A DNA stretch of 32,720 bases from a virus (taxonomy: Duplodnaviria; Caudoviricetes). The stretch is from positions 1 to 32,720 of IMG/VR virus record IMGVR_UViG_3300030372_003933; one strand, written 5' to 3'. Below, piece after piece: positions 1 to 9,381 of the stretch (its first letter is position 1; each line of letters begins with the position of its first letter). The position numbers were made by a program, and so were the translations under genes. The notes under the pieces were generated by a model. The model had not been told where the DNA came from, made no database searches, and saw nothing but the letters and a program-made list of their open reading frames with translations.

Positions 1-1
1 T

Positions 2-58
2 ATTAAAATTGTCGGTAATGGTGTAAAAATAGCAGTAAGTTTAATGGAGATTACATAA
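2..58 (+). CDS. 3' end of a truncated gene (...IKIVGNGVKIAVSLMEIT*), probably a small virion structural protein
   Basis: Open frame from base 2 to TAA at 56-58, overlapping the next ATG (TAATG). The C-terminal S-L-M-E-I-T resembles small structural proteins of marine podoviruses. Confidence 0.5.
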   Translation: MKIVGNGVKIAVSLMEIT

Positions 59-312
59 TGTCGATTGGTAAAAAAGTACAAGATGCAGAACAAATAGGCA
101 CTGAGATTGTAGACGGTAAAGAATTACCTGTTCTTAAACCTGAAGTGTATGTAAAAATTTATTGTAAGAATTGTAACGCTGAGGTTGACTCAGAAGAAGA
201 GGCTACTGGTACTTGTAACGACTGTGGTAAACCTTGGGCCGAATCTAAGGCCAAAGATGTTACCATTCGTGTCGTTAAAATGCCTGACGTAAAAGGTGAG
301 ACAAAAGAATAA
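58..312 (+). CDS. small Cys4 zinc-ribbon protein, 84 aa
   Basis: CKNC and CNDC pairs; coupled to the upstream stop; GGAG upstream. Confidence 0.75.
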   Translation: MSIGKKVQDAEQIGTEIVDGKELPVLKPEVYVKIYCKNCNAEVDSEEEATGTCNDCGKPWAESKAKDVTIRVVKMPDVKGETKE

Positions 313-465
313 TTAGTCCTCACACTGACAGTTTTTACAATGATGTTCTTTGTTGTCCTTAAGGTGTCTTTCTAAATCTCTTTCCATAGCTAATAGTCGT
401 TCGTGATATTTGCTCACCTTATCTGCAAGGTAGGCAATAGCTTTATTTAATTCATCTTTTTCCAT
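313..465 (-). CDS. small coiled-coil protein with Cys/His tail, 50 aa (MEKDELNKAIAYLADK...HHCKNCQCED); not in ORF track
   Basis: Read by hand. AGGAGA RBS upstream of ATG at 465; stop abuts the stop of 58..312. Confidence 0.7.
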   Translation of the reverse strand: MEKDELNKAIAYLADKVSKYHERLLAMERDLERHLKDNKEHHCKNCQCED

Positions 466-560
466 TTTTGTCTCCTATGATTGTTAATTTTGGTGAGAAT
501 CTAATGTAAACATATTTTTTTTAACTTCAACAGAACTTTTTAAAATTGTTTTCTTGACAA

Positions 561-851
561 CTATAATGATTCAGAATACGTCGGCGTTAAATATTCTATC
601 TTTGATACCCAACCTCTTGGTATTGCAATTGAGCCACCACCATGATTATCGTCTTTATCAATGCACCATGAACGCATAATAACTATTTTTTCTTCGTTTT
701 TTGCTATCATGTATCCTACTTCTTGACACACGGCTAAAGGTGCAGATAAAATGTCTTTAATAGGCAACCAACCTGTTTCCATATCACGAGCATCTAACCA
801 CGTTACACGGACCATTGGCACTTTATCTATATCAAAGCTCATATTTCTCAT
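561..851 (-). CDS. conserved phage hypothetical protein (V-x-W-x-D-A...GW...C-x-x-VG family)
   Basis: Motif VTWLDA...GW...CQEVGY seen in many small phage proteins; the true start may be the Met at 842. Confidence 0.7.
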   Translation of the reverse strand: MRNMSFDIDKVPMVRVTWLDARDMETGWLPIKDILSAPLAVCQEVGYMIAKNEEKIVIMRSWCIDKDDNHGGGSIAIPRGWVSKIEYLTPTYSESL

Positions 852-879
852 TGCACATTACTAGAAATTTGACTATATT
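851..879 (+). promoter_or_regulatory. sigma70-like promoter for the internal virion protein operon
   Basis: TTGCAC(851-856)-N17-TATATT(874-879). Confidence 0.5.
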
Positions 880-950
880 TATACGATTAATTAGGCTTAC
901 ACTCAAGGCCAGCCTCCTTGCTTCAATCACATATATTGCAATAGGAGATT

Positions 951-1817
951 ATGCTTAAAAAACTTAGAAAAACGGTAGCTAAAATACTACCCGGTGATAG
1001 TGAAAAATATTTAGGAACCGTATTAGCCTTAGCTACAGGAAATCCTTTATTTGCTGGAATTGGCGCATTAGCAGATCCTGATGCCGGTTTTGGAGAAATC
1101 GCATCGGCAGCATTTTTAGCTAGTCAATCACCAGGTTTAAAATTTGGTGGTCTAGATCTTACAAAAGGTAATCAACTTTTAGGTGATAATGCTTTTATGA
1201 GTGCTTTACAGGGTGGTAGTAAATTTGGAAAGGGCGCCAGTGGCTTTGGTGAATTCTTTTTAGGTAAAAAAGATGGTATTGACGGTTTAATTGGTAGTGA
1301 CGGTAAATTAATACCTACTAAAACAGTAGACGGAAAAGAAAAAGTAGATGGAGCAAAATTATTAGCTAATTTGTCAAAAGCATCAGCAGCAACAGGAGCT
1401 TTCTTACAGCCAACAGGTGCATTTGATTTACCAAAGGAAGAAGAAGTAGCAGATTTTCAATTTGGTACTGATTATGAGGGTAAACCTTTTAATACTGAGG
1501 AAGGTAAGTTAATAGAATTATTATTAGGACAAGGAATAATTGGTCCATATGTTGATACAAGTGGACAATTAGTGCAAAATGTTGCAGATGGTGGTATAAT
1601 GAATTTAGCAACGGGTGGAGATCCAAAAGATTTTCCTCGCAAAACAGGTCAAATAGATGGACCCGGCACAGGAACATCTGATAGTATACCTGCCATGTTA
1701 AGTGATGGTGAATTTGTCATGACTGCAAAAGCTGTTAGAGGAGCTGGCGGCGGAGACAGAATGGAAGGAGCTAGAAAAATGTATCAGATGATGGATCAAT
1801 TTGAGGGACAAGCATAA
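951..1817 (+). CDS. putative internal virion/ejection protein with tape-measure-like C-terminal motif
   Basis: Gly/Ala-rich N-terminal half. C-terminal ADGG..LATGG...GPGTGTSDSIPAMLSDGEFV motif familiar from tape-measure and internal virion proteins. AGGAG RBS. Confidence 0.65.
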   Translation: MLKKLRKTVAKILPGDSEKYLGTVLALATGNPLFAGIGALADPDAGFGEIASAAFLASQSPGLKFGGLDLTKGNQLLGDNAFMSALQGGSKFGKGASGFGEFFLGKKDGIDGLIGSDGKLIPTKTVDGKEKVDGAKLLANLSKASAATGAFLQPTGAFDLPKEEEVADFQFGTDYEGKPFNTEEGKLIELLLGQGIIGPYVDTSGQLVQNVADGGIMNLATGGDPKDFPRKTGQIDGPGTGTSDSIPAMLSDGEFVMTAKAVRGAGGGDRMEGARKMYQMMDQFEGQA

Positions 1818-2767
1818 TGGCTGTACAACAACAAGTAACAACACAACTACCTCCACCGTATGTGCAGGATAGACAAAAAGATTTATTAGCAACATTATTT
1901 GGAACACCAAATCTTGATCCGAGTGATCCTAATTATGTACAAGGTTTAATTAATGTACCTCGTAATATACCAATGCAACAGGTTGCAGGGTTCACGCAAC
2001 CTCAAGTAGATGCTTTTGCTTTAGCAAATAAAGGTATTGGGGCATTTCAACCATTTATAACTCAAGCAGGTGACACTGCTACTACTGCAGGACAGGCTCT
2101 TGCAGGTGCAACACAACAGTTTACACCTACTACTGAAAGAATAAATCAATTTAGAGATCCTTATCAAGAGCTAGTAACTCAAGAAGCTTTAAGAGAAATA
2201 GACAGACAAGGGTCAATTGCTCAAGCTAACTTAGCTGGACAGGCAACGAGAGCTGGTGTTTTTGGCGGTTCAAGATTTGGAGTACAACAAGCTGAATTAG
2301 ACAGAAACATTGGCGATATAAAATCAAGAAGAATTGCAGAAGATAGATCAAGAAATTTTCAACAAGCATTAGCTTCAGCACAAGCTGCGCAAGAAGCACA
2401 ACAAAGAAGACAACTAGGAGCAGGACAACAATTAGGAAATTTAGCAAGATTTCAAGCAGGTATTGGTCAATTAGGTCAAGGTATGTTTGGTCAGGATTTA
2501 AATACTTTACTAAGTATTGGTGGTCAGCAACAACAATTACTACAAGCAGGTTTAGAAGCTCAAAGACAAAATCTTGCAGCTCAACAACAAGAACCTTTCC
2601 AACGTATATCTTTTGGTACAGATGTATTGGCAGGTTTACCTTTTGGTGGTCAAACTATTTCACAAATACCAGTGACACCTGCAAATCCATTCCTAACCTT
2701 TGCAGGTGGTATTGGTTCACTTGGTACAGGTATTGGTGCATTGTTAGAAGGTTTTGGTAAATTATAG
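1817..2767 (+). CDS. Gln/Ala/Gly-rich DNA transfer (ejection/pilot) protein
   Basis: Q/A/G-rich helical protein with AGVFGGSR motif and a Gly-rich hydrophobic C-terminus, typical of podovirus ejection proteins; coupled by TAATG. Confidence 0.6.
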   Translation: MAVQQQVTTQLPPPYVQDRQKDLLATLFGTPNLDPSDPNYVQGLINVPRNIPMQQVAGFTQPQVDAFALANKGIGAFQPFITQAGDTATTAGQALAGATQQFTPTTERINQFRDPYQELVTQEALREIDRQGSIAQANLAGQATRAGVFGGSRFGVQQAELDRNIGDIKSRRIAEDRSRNFQQALASAQAAQEAQQRRQLGAGQQLGNLARFQAGIGQLGQGMFGQDLNTLLSIGGQQQQLLQAGLEAQRQNLAAQQQEPFQRISFGTDVLAGLPFGGQTISQIPVTPANPFLTFAGGIGSLGTGIGALLEGFGKL

Positions 2768-5152
2768 ATGTCTGTTTATAACAGAAAAATGTTTGCCAAC
2801 GCACCAGGTGGTTTTAAACAAAGTTCTCGTGGTGTTGGTATTACTTCAGGATTAGTTCCAAATAAAACTAAACGTGGTTTAGTAGATGGTCCCGGTCGTT
2901 ATAGTGGAGATCAAAATCAAATAAATCAAGAAGCGATAAATGAACTATTAACAAATGTAAATTTGGCCTCTTTAGAGCCATATAAAAATACTTTTGAAGC
3001 GTTATTCAGAGACGCTATTCCAGAGCCAGAAAGTTCTTTTTCCAGAAACTTTCCAGCATTATTAGATTTTTTTCAAAGAGTATCTGCAGCTGGTGCTGGA
3101 GGACAACCTTTAACTTCGCAACCTCTACCTCCTTTTTTAGATACGCTAAATAGAATTAGCAGTGCAACTCCTGCACTTGCAAACATAAAACCTGCTCCAG
3201 ATATTGAAGGACAAGTTAAATCTTTAGCTGCACAAAGCACGATTGATTTATTTAAAGATATGATTTCTGCTGAATTAACTAAAGACGAAAAAGATGAAAC
3301 TAAAGTTTTAGGTAAAGGAGAAGTGCTAGTTGATTCAGGGGGTAAAACAATAGCTACAGGTGGATTAGATTATGAACTCAAAGAAGTAGATGGTAATTTA
3401 ATAATGGTTTATCAAGATCCAGAAAACCAGAGTGAAACAATTTCAAAAACAGTCTTTAAACAAGTAGATGTCAATCCTGATGATACATTAATAAAATTAA
3501 GACCAAATGAAATTGCATTTCTTGGTGGTAAAAAATTTGAAGGTAAAGATACTGGCATAAATATAATTAAATCGAGCCCACAACAAGAATTAGGATATAT
3601 TGATGAAAATAATGTATATCAAATTATTAAACCTGCTACACCAAAAGAAGTAGAAAAAGAGATTGTAGTACCAAAAGGTAGTGTTTTATTAAATAAAGAA
3701 ACCAATGATGTTATTTTTGATAATAGCACGAGTGAAGTTGACAAAAAACAATTAATAAAAGTACCACCAGGCACCACAGTAATTGACAACAATGGTAATG
3801 AAATTTTCAAAGCAGAAGATCAAGCTGACGATTATATAAAAGTACCGCAAAATACAAGATTAGTAACACCTGATCCAGAAAATCCTGGTCAATTTATAAC
3901 AGTCTTAGAAGCTGAGGCTAACACCCCTCCTGACAAAGATAGATCTACTGCAACAGAGAGATCAATTGATACAGCTTTCGATGGTCTTTTAAATACTTCG
4001 AAAGTTGATAATGATGCGGTGGCTTTTATAAAAGATAATATTCCTGGTTTAGCACCAATATTTGATAGTTTAGATCAAACTGTGCCTTTTAATGAAAAAG
4101 ACATAAGCACTTTAAAAGCGGCATACAACGTACTTTCTTTAGAAAAAGATTTAAGAACAGAACCAAGTGCAGCAGACTTATTAAAAATTGAAGAAGGAAA
4201 AATAAACTTACAAAGTATGGCGGATGATGTTAATAATTTAAGTGATACTTATGATGCAGCCTATGATCAAGGTTTTGCTAAAATTCAACAAATTGAAAGA
4301 GCTATACCTTTAATAGATACTGCAATATCTGGTTCAGGCCAAGCGTTAAGACAACAATTAGCAACTATTTTTGACACATTTCCAAGTTTACAAAACTCAC
4401 CTGTGTATAGTGTAATAAATAAATTTATTGGAGAAGATACAAGTTTAGCAAACACAGAAACTTTAAGTTCTTTCAATCAATTATTTACTTTATTAAATGC
4501 TGAATTTTTTAAGGGTAATTTAAACCAACAAGAAATAGATATTTTAAGAGGTTCAGTATCACAACTATTTTTATCAAAAGATGGTCAACGATTAATTCTT
4601 GATATTGCAAAAAACAAAGCAGAATTAGAAATGAAATCAAAAGAGTTATACGATAATTTTTTAAATTCTGGTGAGTTATTAGGATTAGATGGTGAAGCAG
4701 TCTTTACGGCTAAATTTGATGCAAATGGAGCATTATCTATAGCTGATAAAAGTAAAGCGCAAAGAGAAATTTTTAAAATTGTAAGACAATTGCAAGATCA
4801 AAATAAAGAAAAATTTGAAGAACAAGTAGCTAAATTTGATACAGGTTTAAAACCGTATACTATTGATGGACTTGAAAATTTACCTGATAATAAAAAAATA
4901 TTTAAATCTGAAAACGGTGTTAGTTACAACCTTGTAAAAGAATTTAAATCGACGAATGGTAACTTTGGTGTCATTGGTTTTGCTAACGAAAATGGTGAAT
5001 TTATAAAACCAGACGGCTCTGTGTCAACAATTACGTTTGCACCCAATTCGCCCGTTTATGGTTTAAGACTTTATCAGCCAAAAGATCTAAAAGCAAACAA
5101 CGATCGTATTGAAACTAAAATTTTTAACTTGTATTCGTTTAGAGGACAGTAA
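2768..5152 (+). CDS. putative internal virion protein, 794 aa, with internal beta-type repeats
   Basis: Long ORF in the ejection-protein block; repeats such as IVVPKGSVLL, LIKVPPGTTVID, YIKVPQNTRLV. Confidence 0.55.
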   Translation: MSVYNRKMFANAPGGFKQSSRGVGITSGLVPNKTKRGLVDGPGRYSGDQNQINQEAINELLTNVNLASLEPYKNTFEALFRDAIPEPESSFSRNFPALLDFFQRVSAAGAGGQPLTSQPLPPFLDTLNRISSATPALANIKPAPDIEGQVKSLAAQSTIDLFKDMISAELTKDEKDETKVLGKGEVLVDSGGKTIATGGLDYELKEVDGNLIMVYQDPENQSETISKTVFKQVDVNPDDTLIKLRPNEIAFLGGKKFEGKDTGINIIKSSPQQELGYIDENNVYQIIKPATPKEVEKEIVVPKGSVLLNKETNDVIFDNSTSEVDKKQLIKVPPGTTVIDNNGNEIFKAEDQADDYIKVPQNTRLVTPDPENPGQFITVLEAEANTPPDKDRSTATERSIDTAFDGLLNTSKVDNDAVAFIKDNIPGLAPIFDSLDQTVPFNEKDISTLKAAYNVLSLEKDLRTEPSAADLLKIEEGKINLQSMADDVNNLSDTYDAAYDQGFAKIQQIERAIPLIDTAISGSGQALRQQLATIFDTFPSLQNSPVYSVINKFIGEDTSLANTETLSSFNQLFTLLNAEFFKGNLNQQEIDILRGSVSQLFLSKDGQRLILDIAKNKAELEMKSKELYDNFLNSGELLGLDGEAVFTAKFDANGALSIADKSKAQREIFKIVRQLQDQNKEKFEEQVAKFDTGLKPYTIDGLENLPDNKKIFKSENGVSYNLVKEFKSTNGNFGVIGFANENGEFIKPDGSVSTITFAPNSPVYGLRLYQPKDLKANNDRIETKIFNLYSFRGQ

Positions 5153-8100
5153 TGGCTGTAGAAGACGATAAAAAAAATAATAGTGCAGTAACGGAAGATT
5201 CTTTTTTTGTAGAAGCACCAAAACTTGCTTCAGAATTTGATGATGTAAATGTAATTTTCAACGTATCAAAAGAAAAAAAGAATGAAATAAAAGAAAAATA
5301 TTACAACGACATACAAGATGGTAAAATAGAGGTGCCGTTTGGGTTAGATACTTTTAATTATGCTAATCAATTAGCCATGAGCGATATTTCAAAATTACAG
5401 AGAGAGTTAAATGATGCAAAAGTTAAATACATATCAGATATTTCTGGATTAAACGTAACTAATGAATCTTTACCAGCTGGTGAAAATTATCTCTTACACT
5501 TTTTATTAGGTAGAGATTTAGATTTTAAAAATAGAAGAAAAAGATTTTTAAAGACTTTTCCTGAAGGCGAATTTACAAAAGTAACTATACCTATGGGTGG
5601 TGACACAACCGAAGATTTTGAAGTATTTAAATTACCTGGTGACAAAAATTATAGAATGTTTGACAGCATTGGTAATGATTATTTTTCAAATGAACTTTTA
5701 CAATTTGCGGGTTCGATAACTAACTTTCAAACTCTTGGTGATGTATTAGCATCACTTTCTGCTTATGCTCAAAAAACACAAATACCTGTTTTAAAAGGCA
5801 TAGGATTTGGCACAGACCTTACATTAAAAACTTTTAGAGCTATAGCAAACAATCCTTTATTTAGAGTTGGTTTTGGTAATCTATTTGGAAAAAATGTAGA
5901 CCAAGCAGTTGACGCATATTATGGTTATGACAAAGGAGCGTTTGCACAAGAAGGAAGTGCACCTTTTTTATATAATTTTGCTAATTTTAACAATTTACAA
6001 GAAGCTGCTTTATCTGCTGGACTGTTTAAAGCATTTGATTTTATTCCTGCTTACCTTTCTGGTAATACAAAACTTGTAACTAAAAATCGAATAACAAAAG
6101 AAATAGCAGATATATCAAATAAATATAATTTACAACCAGCGATGGTTGGTCAATTAATTGCATCACCCTTTTTTAGAAGAACTTTTTTTCAATCAGCAGA
6201 ATTCAATAGATTACCTAAAGAAAAATTTGCAAGCCAAATTAAATCTGCAACAGATTTGTTAAATGAAATGGCCGATGGCAAAAAATTTACAATGGACTTA
6301 ATTTTAGGTGCACAAAAAAAATTAGAAGAAAATTATCAAAACGCTTTATTAGGTGTTTTAAGAGGCAATGTGGCACCAGAGCAAGCAGCAGATGTTCTTA
6401 ACGACGCTTTTGTAAAATGGAATACAGCATCAAATAATTCCGTTAATGGAATAAGAGAAACAATTGCAGGTCTTTCATCAAAAAATGGAATATTAAACGG
6501 AGAAAGTTTACTTATTCAAAATGTTCAAAACAGTATGAAAAAAAGTAAAAGAAATATTCAAGCATTTAATAAAGGTGCAAAAACAACAATTATAGATGAC
6601 ACGGGTGCCGAAAAAGTAATAGAGCCTAAAGTATATTTTGGAGGTAAGGACAACGATTCACAAATACTTCTTGGAATAATTAATGATTTTAATAAACTGC
6701 CAGGAGTTTTAAATTTTACAAATACTCAAACAGCTAGTCGTCATGTTAATAGTTTAATACAAGTACAAAGAGAATTATTTAATTTAAGATTTTCAGACAA
6801 TCCTTTTGTAGCTTCAGAAGCTAGAGCACTACATAAAAAAATTAAAAATGTTTTTAAAGATGCTGCCGAAGGCGCTGGTAAAGATTCAGACATGGCCTTT
6901 AATATGCAAGCTCTTTATAGTCAAATGGATGCCAACGAAAATGTTAGAGGAATTAATTTTGTTGTTGATGCGATTACAAACAATAAAGCAAATGTAAGAA
7001 CAGTCGTAAATGATTTTTTAACACCAGGAAACTTTCAAATTCATTCTTTAAAAACTGTTTTAGATGAGACAGGATCTTCTGAAGCTTTTGGCATTGTCAA
7101 AGATTTGTGGCTAAGAAAAACTTTACAGGATCCTTCAAAAACTGCATCTATTTTAGCAAAATGGCAAGCGGATGATCCAAATGGTCTAGCTTTGCTAATG
7201 GAAGGAATAGACTATAAAACTATAGATGACATTGTAGAGTTAGGACTTAAAGCTAACTCAAATATATTTAAAGATACTATTAAAAACGGTGGAACAACAA
7301 ATGAATTTATAAAAAGTGTATTACGAACTGTAAAAGCAGATGATTTTGTAGGTAAACAAAAAGTTATAGATGATATAATTGCTGACTCAGGAGCCTTTGC
7401 TGATGGAAAAATAGATTATAATCATCCTTTTATGGTGTCTGCCAGACAGGGTATTTTACAAGATATTTTTGAAAAAGCTATTAAGTTTCAAAGAGATTTA
7501 GATGGTATTAAAGTAGCTGATGGAGATTCTTTAAGTAACTTTTTTAAGTTGAATGCAAAACAAGGTAAAGATGGTGATTTATTAACGTTACAACCTGAAT
7601 TTGATATTACAAAAATAAACAAATTAATTTCAAATTTAAAAAATGATGAAGCTTTAAGTAAATTTTTTACACCTAATCAATTAGAAAAAATAAGTGCTAT
7701 AGACAGATACTTTACAATAATTAACTCAGCAAATCCAAAAGTAGGATCGGTATTACAACAAGCCGAATTAGGAGCAGATTTAGTAAAAAACATGTTTGAT
7801 GCGCCTGGATTGTTTAATGTAGGTACAACTCTAATTAAGTATGATATTTTAGCTAGAGCTTTATCTCAAGATGTTACACTTGACGTTTTATCGTCCATTA
7901 CACAAGATCAATTAAGAAGTAATCCTTCGATGATAATAAAAGGTTTATTAACAAGCTTAACTAGAGATATTAAAGAGTATAGTAGTGATGATAAAAGTTA
8001 TTTAGAATCATTCGACAGTTACATAGAAATGTCTCCGGATAAACCTCCTGAAGCTTTAACAAATCAATTACCAAGTTTTGAAGACTTGTACGATGATAAA

Positions 8101-8286
8101 AACACTAAACCTTTAGATGTTACTTTAAACGCACCTGTGAATGCTTCGACTTTAAGTAATATAAATTTAACAAACAATAGGATTAACACTAATACTGCTG
8201 CAGCTGGGCAAAGAGTTTTTGGTACAGATGATCCTGTATTCAGTGGCATTGCAAACACTAATGTAGGAAGGCAGGTTGTTGCGTAA
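5152..8286 (+). CDS. large putative internal virion (ejection) protein, 1044 aa
   Basis: Largest ORF, predicted helical, last of a coupled run of increasing-size genes as in podovirus core-protein blocks; no catalytic motif recognised. Confidence 0.5.
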   Translation: MAVEDDKKNNSAVTEDSFFVEAPKLASEFDDVNVIFNVSKEKKNEIKEKYYNDIQDGKIEVPFGLDTFNYANQLAMSDISKLQRELNDAKVKYISDISGLNVTNESLPAGENYLLHFLLGRDLDFKNRRKRFLKTFPEGEFTKVTIPMGGDTTEDFEVFKLPGDKNYRMFDSIGNDYFSNELLQFAGSITNFQTLGDVLASLSAYAQKTQIPVLKGIGFGTDLTLKTFRAIANNPLFRVGFGNLFGKNVDQAVDAYYGYDKGAFAQEGSAPFLYNFANFNNLQEAALSAGLFKAFDFIPAYLSGNTKLVTKNRITKEIADISNKYNLQPAMVGQLIASPFFRRTFFQSAEFNRLPKEKFASQIKSATDLLNEMADGKKFTMDLILGAQKKLEENYQNALLGVLRGNVAPEQAADVLNDAFVKWNTASNNSVNGIRETIAGLSSKNGILNGESLLIQNVQNSMKKSKRNIQAFNKGAKTTIIDDTGAEKVIEPKVYFGGKDNDSQILLGIINDFNKLPGVLNFTNTQTASRHVNSLIQVQRELFNLRFSDNPFVASEARALHKKIKNVFKDAAEGAGKDSDMAFNMQALYSQMDANENVRGINFVVDAITNNKANVRTVVNDFLTPGNFQIHSLKTVLDETGSSEAFGIVKDLWLRKTLQDPSKTASILAKWQADDPNGLALLMEGIDYKTIDDIVELGLKANSNIFKDTIKNGGTTNEFIKSVLRTVKADDFVGKQKVIDDIIADSGAFADGKIDYNHPFMVSARQGILQDIFEKAIKFQRDLDGIKVADGDSLSNFFKLNAKQGKDGDLLTLQPEFDITKINKLISNLKNDEALSKFFTPNQLEKISAIDRYFTIINSANPKVGSVLQQAELGADLVKNMFDAPGLFNVGTTLIKYDILARALSQDVTLDVLSSITQDQLRSNPSMIIKGLLTSLTRDIKEYSSDDKSYLESFDSYIEMSPDKPPEALTNQLPSFEDLYDDKNTKPLDVTLNAPVNASTLSNINLTNNRINTNTAAAGQRVFGTDDPVFSGIANTNVGRQVVA

Positions 8287-8870
8287 TGGTTTCATTTAAA
8301 ACAACATACGATGATGACGGAAATCCTATAAGACCTAAAATATCTAGTAATATGAGTTTTAAAACAGGGGATGTTGTTTCTGCTGATCCTAATAATCCTG
8401 ACATGACTATTATAGAAAGAAAAGGCGAAGGTATAATGAGTGTAGATCCAAGACAAGAATCAGGTGATAATGATCAAATAAAGGCATTAGAAATTATTAA
8501 TAATCTTGGAACAGGTATATTTGATGATCCTGATGCATTCAAAAAAATTACAGAACCCTTAAAAATGATACCAGCTAATACAACAGATCCTAACGATCCA
8601 CGAAACATGTATCAAATGTTAATAGCTAATTTACTTGGCATAGATAGAGGTGCAAAAAGTCTTGATATTCCTGGAAGCAGTCTACAAATGCCAAATTTTG
8701 GTGAAGCTGGCAAAGAATTTGCCGTAAATGAATTAGGCGCAAAAGATATTGGTCAATTTATGTCGGCTCTTTTCACACCAAGTATATTAAGGTTTATTGG
8801 TATGGCTAATGAAAAAGATGAGCCAGAGGAAACAGAAGAGGAGAAAAAAAGATTTTTCTTTTTTGATTAG
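8286..8870 (+). CDS. hypothetical acidic protein, 194 aa
   Basis: Coupled by TAATG; no recognised motif. Confidence 0.6.
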   Translation: MVSFKTTYDDDGNPIRPKISSNMSFKTGDVVSADPNNPDMTIIERKGEGIMSVDPRQESGDNDQIKALEIINNLGTGIFDDPDAFKKITEPLKMIPANTTDPNDPRNMYQMLIANLLGIDRGAKSLDIPGSSLQMPNFGEAGKEFAVNELGAKDIGQFMSALFTPSILRFIGMANEKDEPEETEEEKKRFFFFD

Positions 8871-8873
8871 GTA

Positions 8874-9095
8874 ATGGAAAAAGATTTTAATTTAAGAAAC
8901 ATTGTTTGGCTTAGCATGATACTTGTATCCGCAGGTTCTGTTTACGGTATGCTATCTCAACGTGTCACGGCCCTTGAATCAAAACAAGCTATGATAGAAA
9001 ATGCAATTCTTGAAGACATACCAGAAATAAAAGAAAGAATAATTAGATTAGAGACAAAAATAGAAATTCTAATCGATGAATTTAAAACAGATTAA
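8874..9095 (+). CDS. small membrane-anchored coiled-coil protein (holin/XhlA-like)
   Basis: N-terminal hydrophobic helix IVWLSMILVSAGSVYGML followed by a heptad coiled coil (IKERIIRLETKIEIL). Confidence 0.5.
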   Translation: MEKDFNLRNIVWLSMILVSAGSVYGMLSQRVTALESKQAMIENAILEDIPEIKERIIRLETKIEILIDEFKTD

Positions 9096-9381
9096 AGGTG
9101 TAATTAGCGAACAGCTGGTAATAACAGATCTTTTAAAAAAAGGTTTTTTTGTTTTTACACCTTTGCATAGACAGTGCCCAGTTGACATAATTGCTGTTTC
9201 ACCAAAGGGTAAACTACATTTATTTGATGTTAAAACACAATCTATTAGGAAATCAGGAATGCACAAAGGACATTTTATTAGAAGAATTTTATCCCCATTA
9301 CAAAAAAAATTAAAAGTAAATCTTGTTTATGTAACTGAAGAAGAAATAATATATGGCAGTCTTAAATCAGCCATTCTTTAA
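9076..9381 (+). CDS. PD-(D/E)XK endonuclease (Hjc/resolvase-like)
   Basis: G-x-x-S-E helix, L-x-x-G-F-x-V, P-V-D-I-I and F-D-V-K-T motifs. Confidence 0.75.
   Translation: MNLKQIKGVISEQLVITDLLKKGFFVFTPLHRQCPVDIIAVSPKGKLHLFDVKTQSIRKSGMHKGHFIRRILSPLQKKLKVNLVYVTEEEIIYGSLKSAIL

Noticed and set aside
554-567. Perfect TTGACA and TATAAT hexamers
   Set aside because: They are only 2 nt apart and cannot form one sigma70 promoter.
951-1817. Calling this gene a tape-measure protein
   Set aside because: It is only 288 aa and shares just the C-terminal motif; the surrounding genes look podovirus-like.
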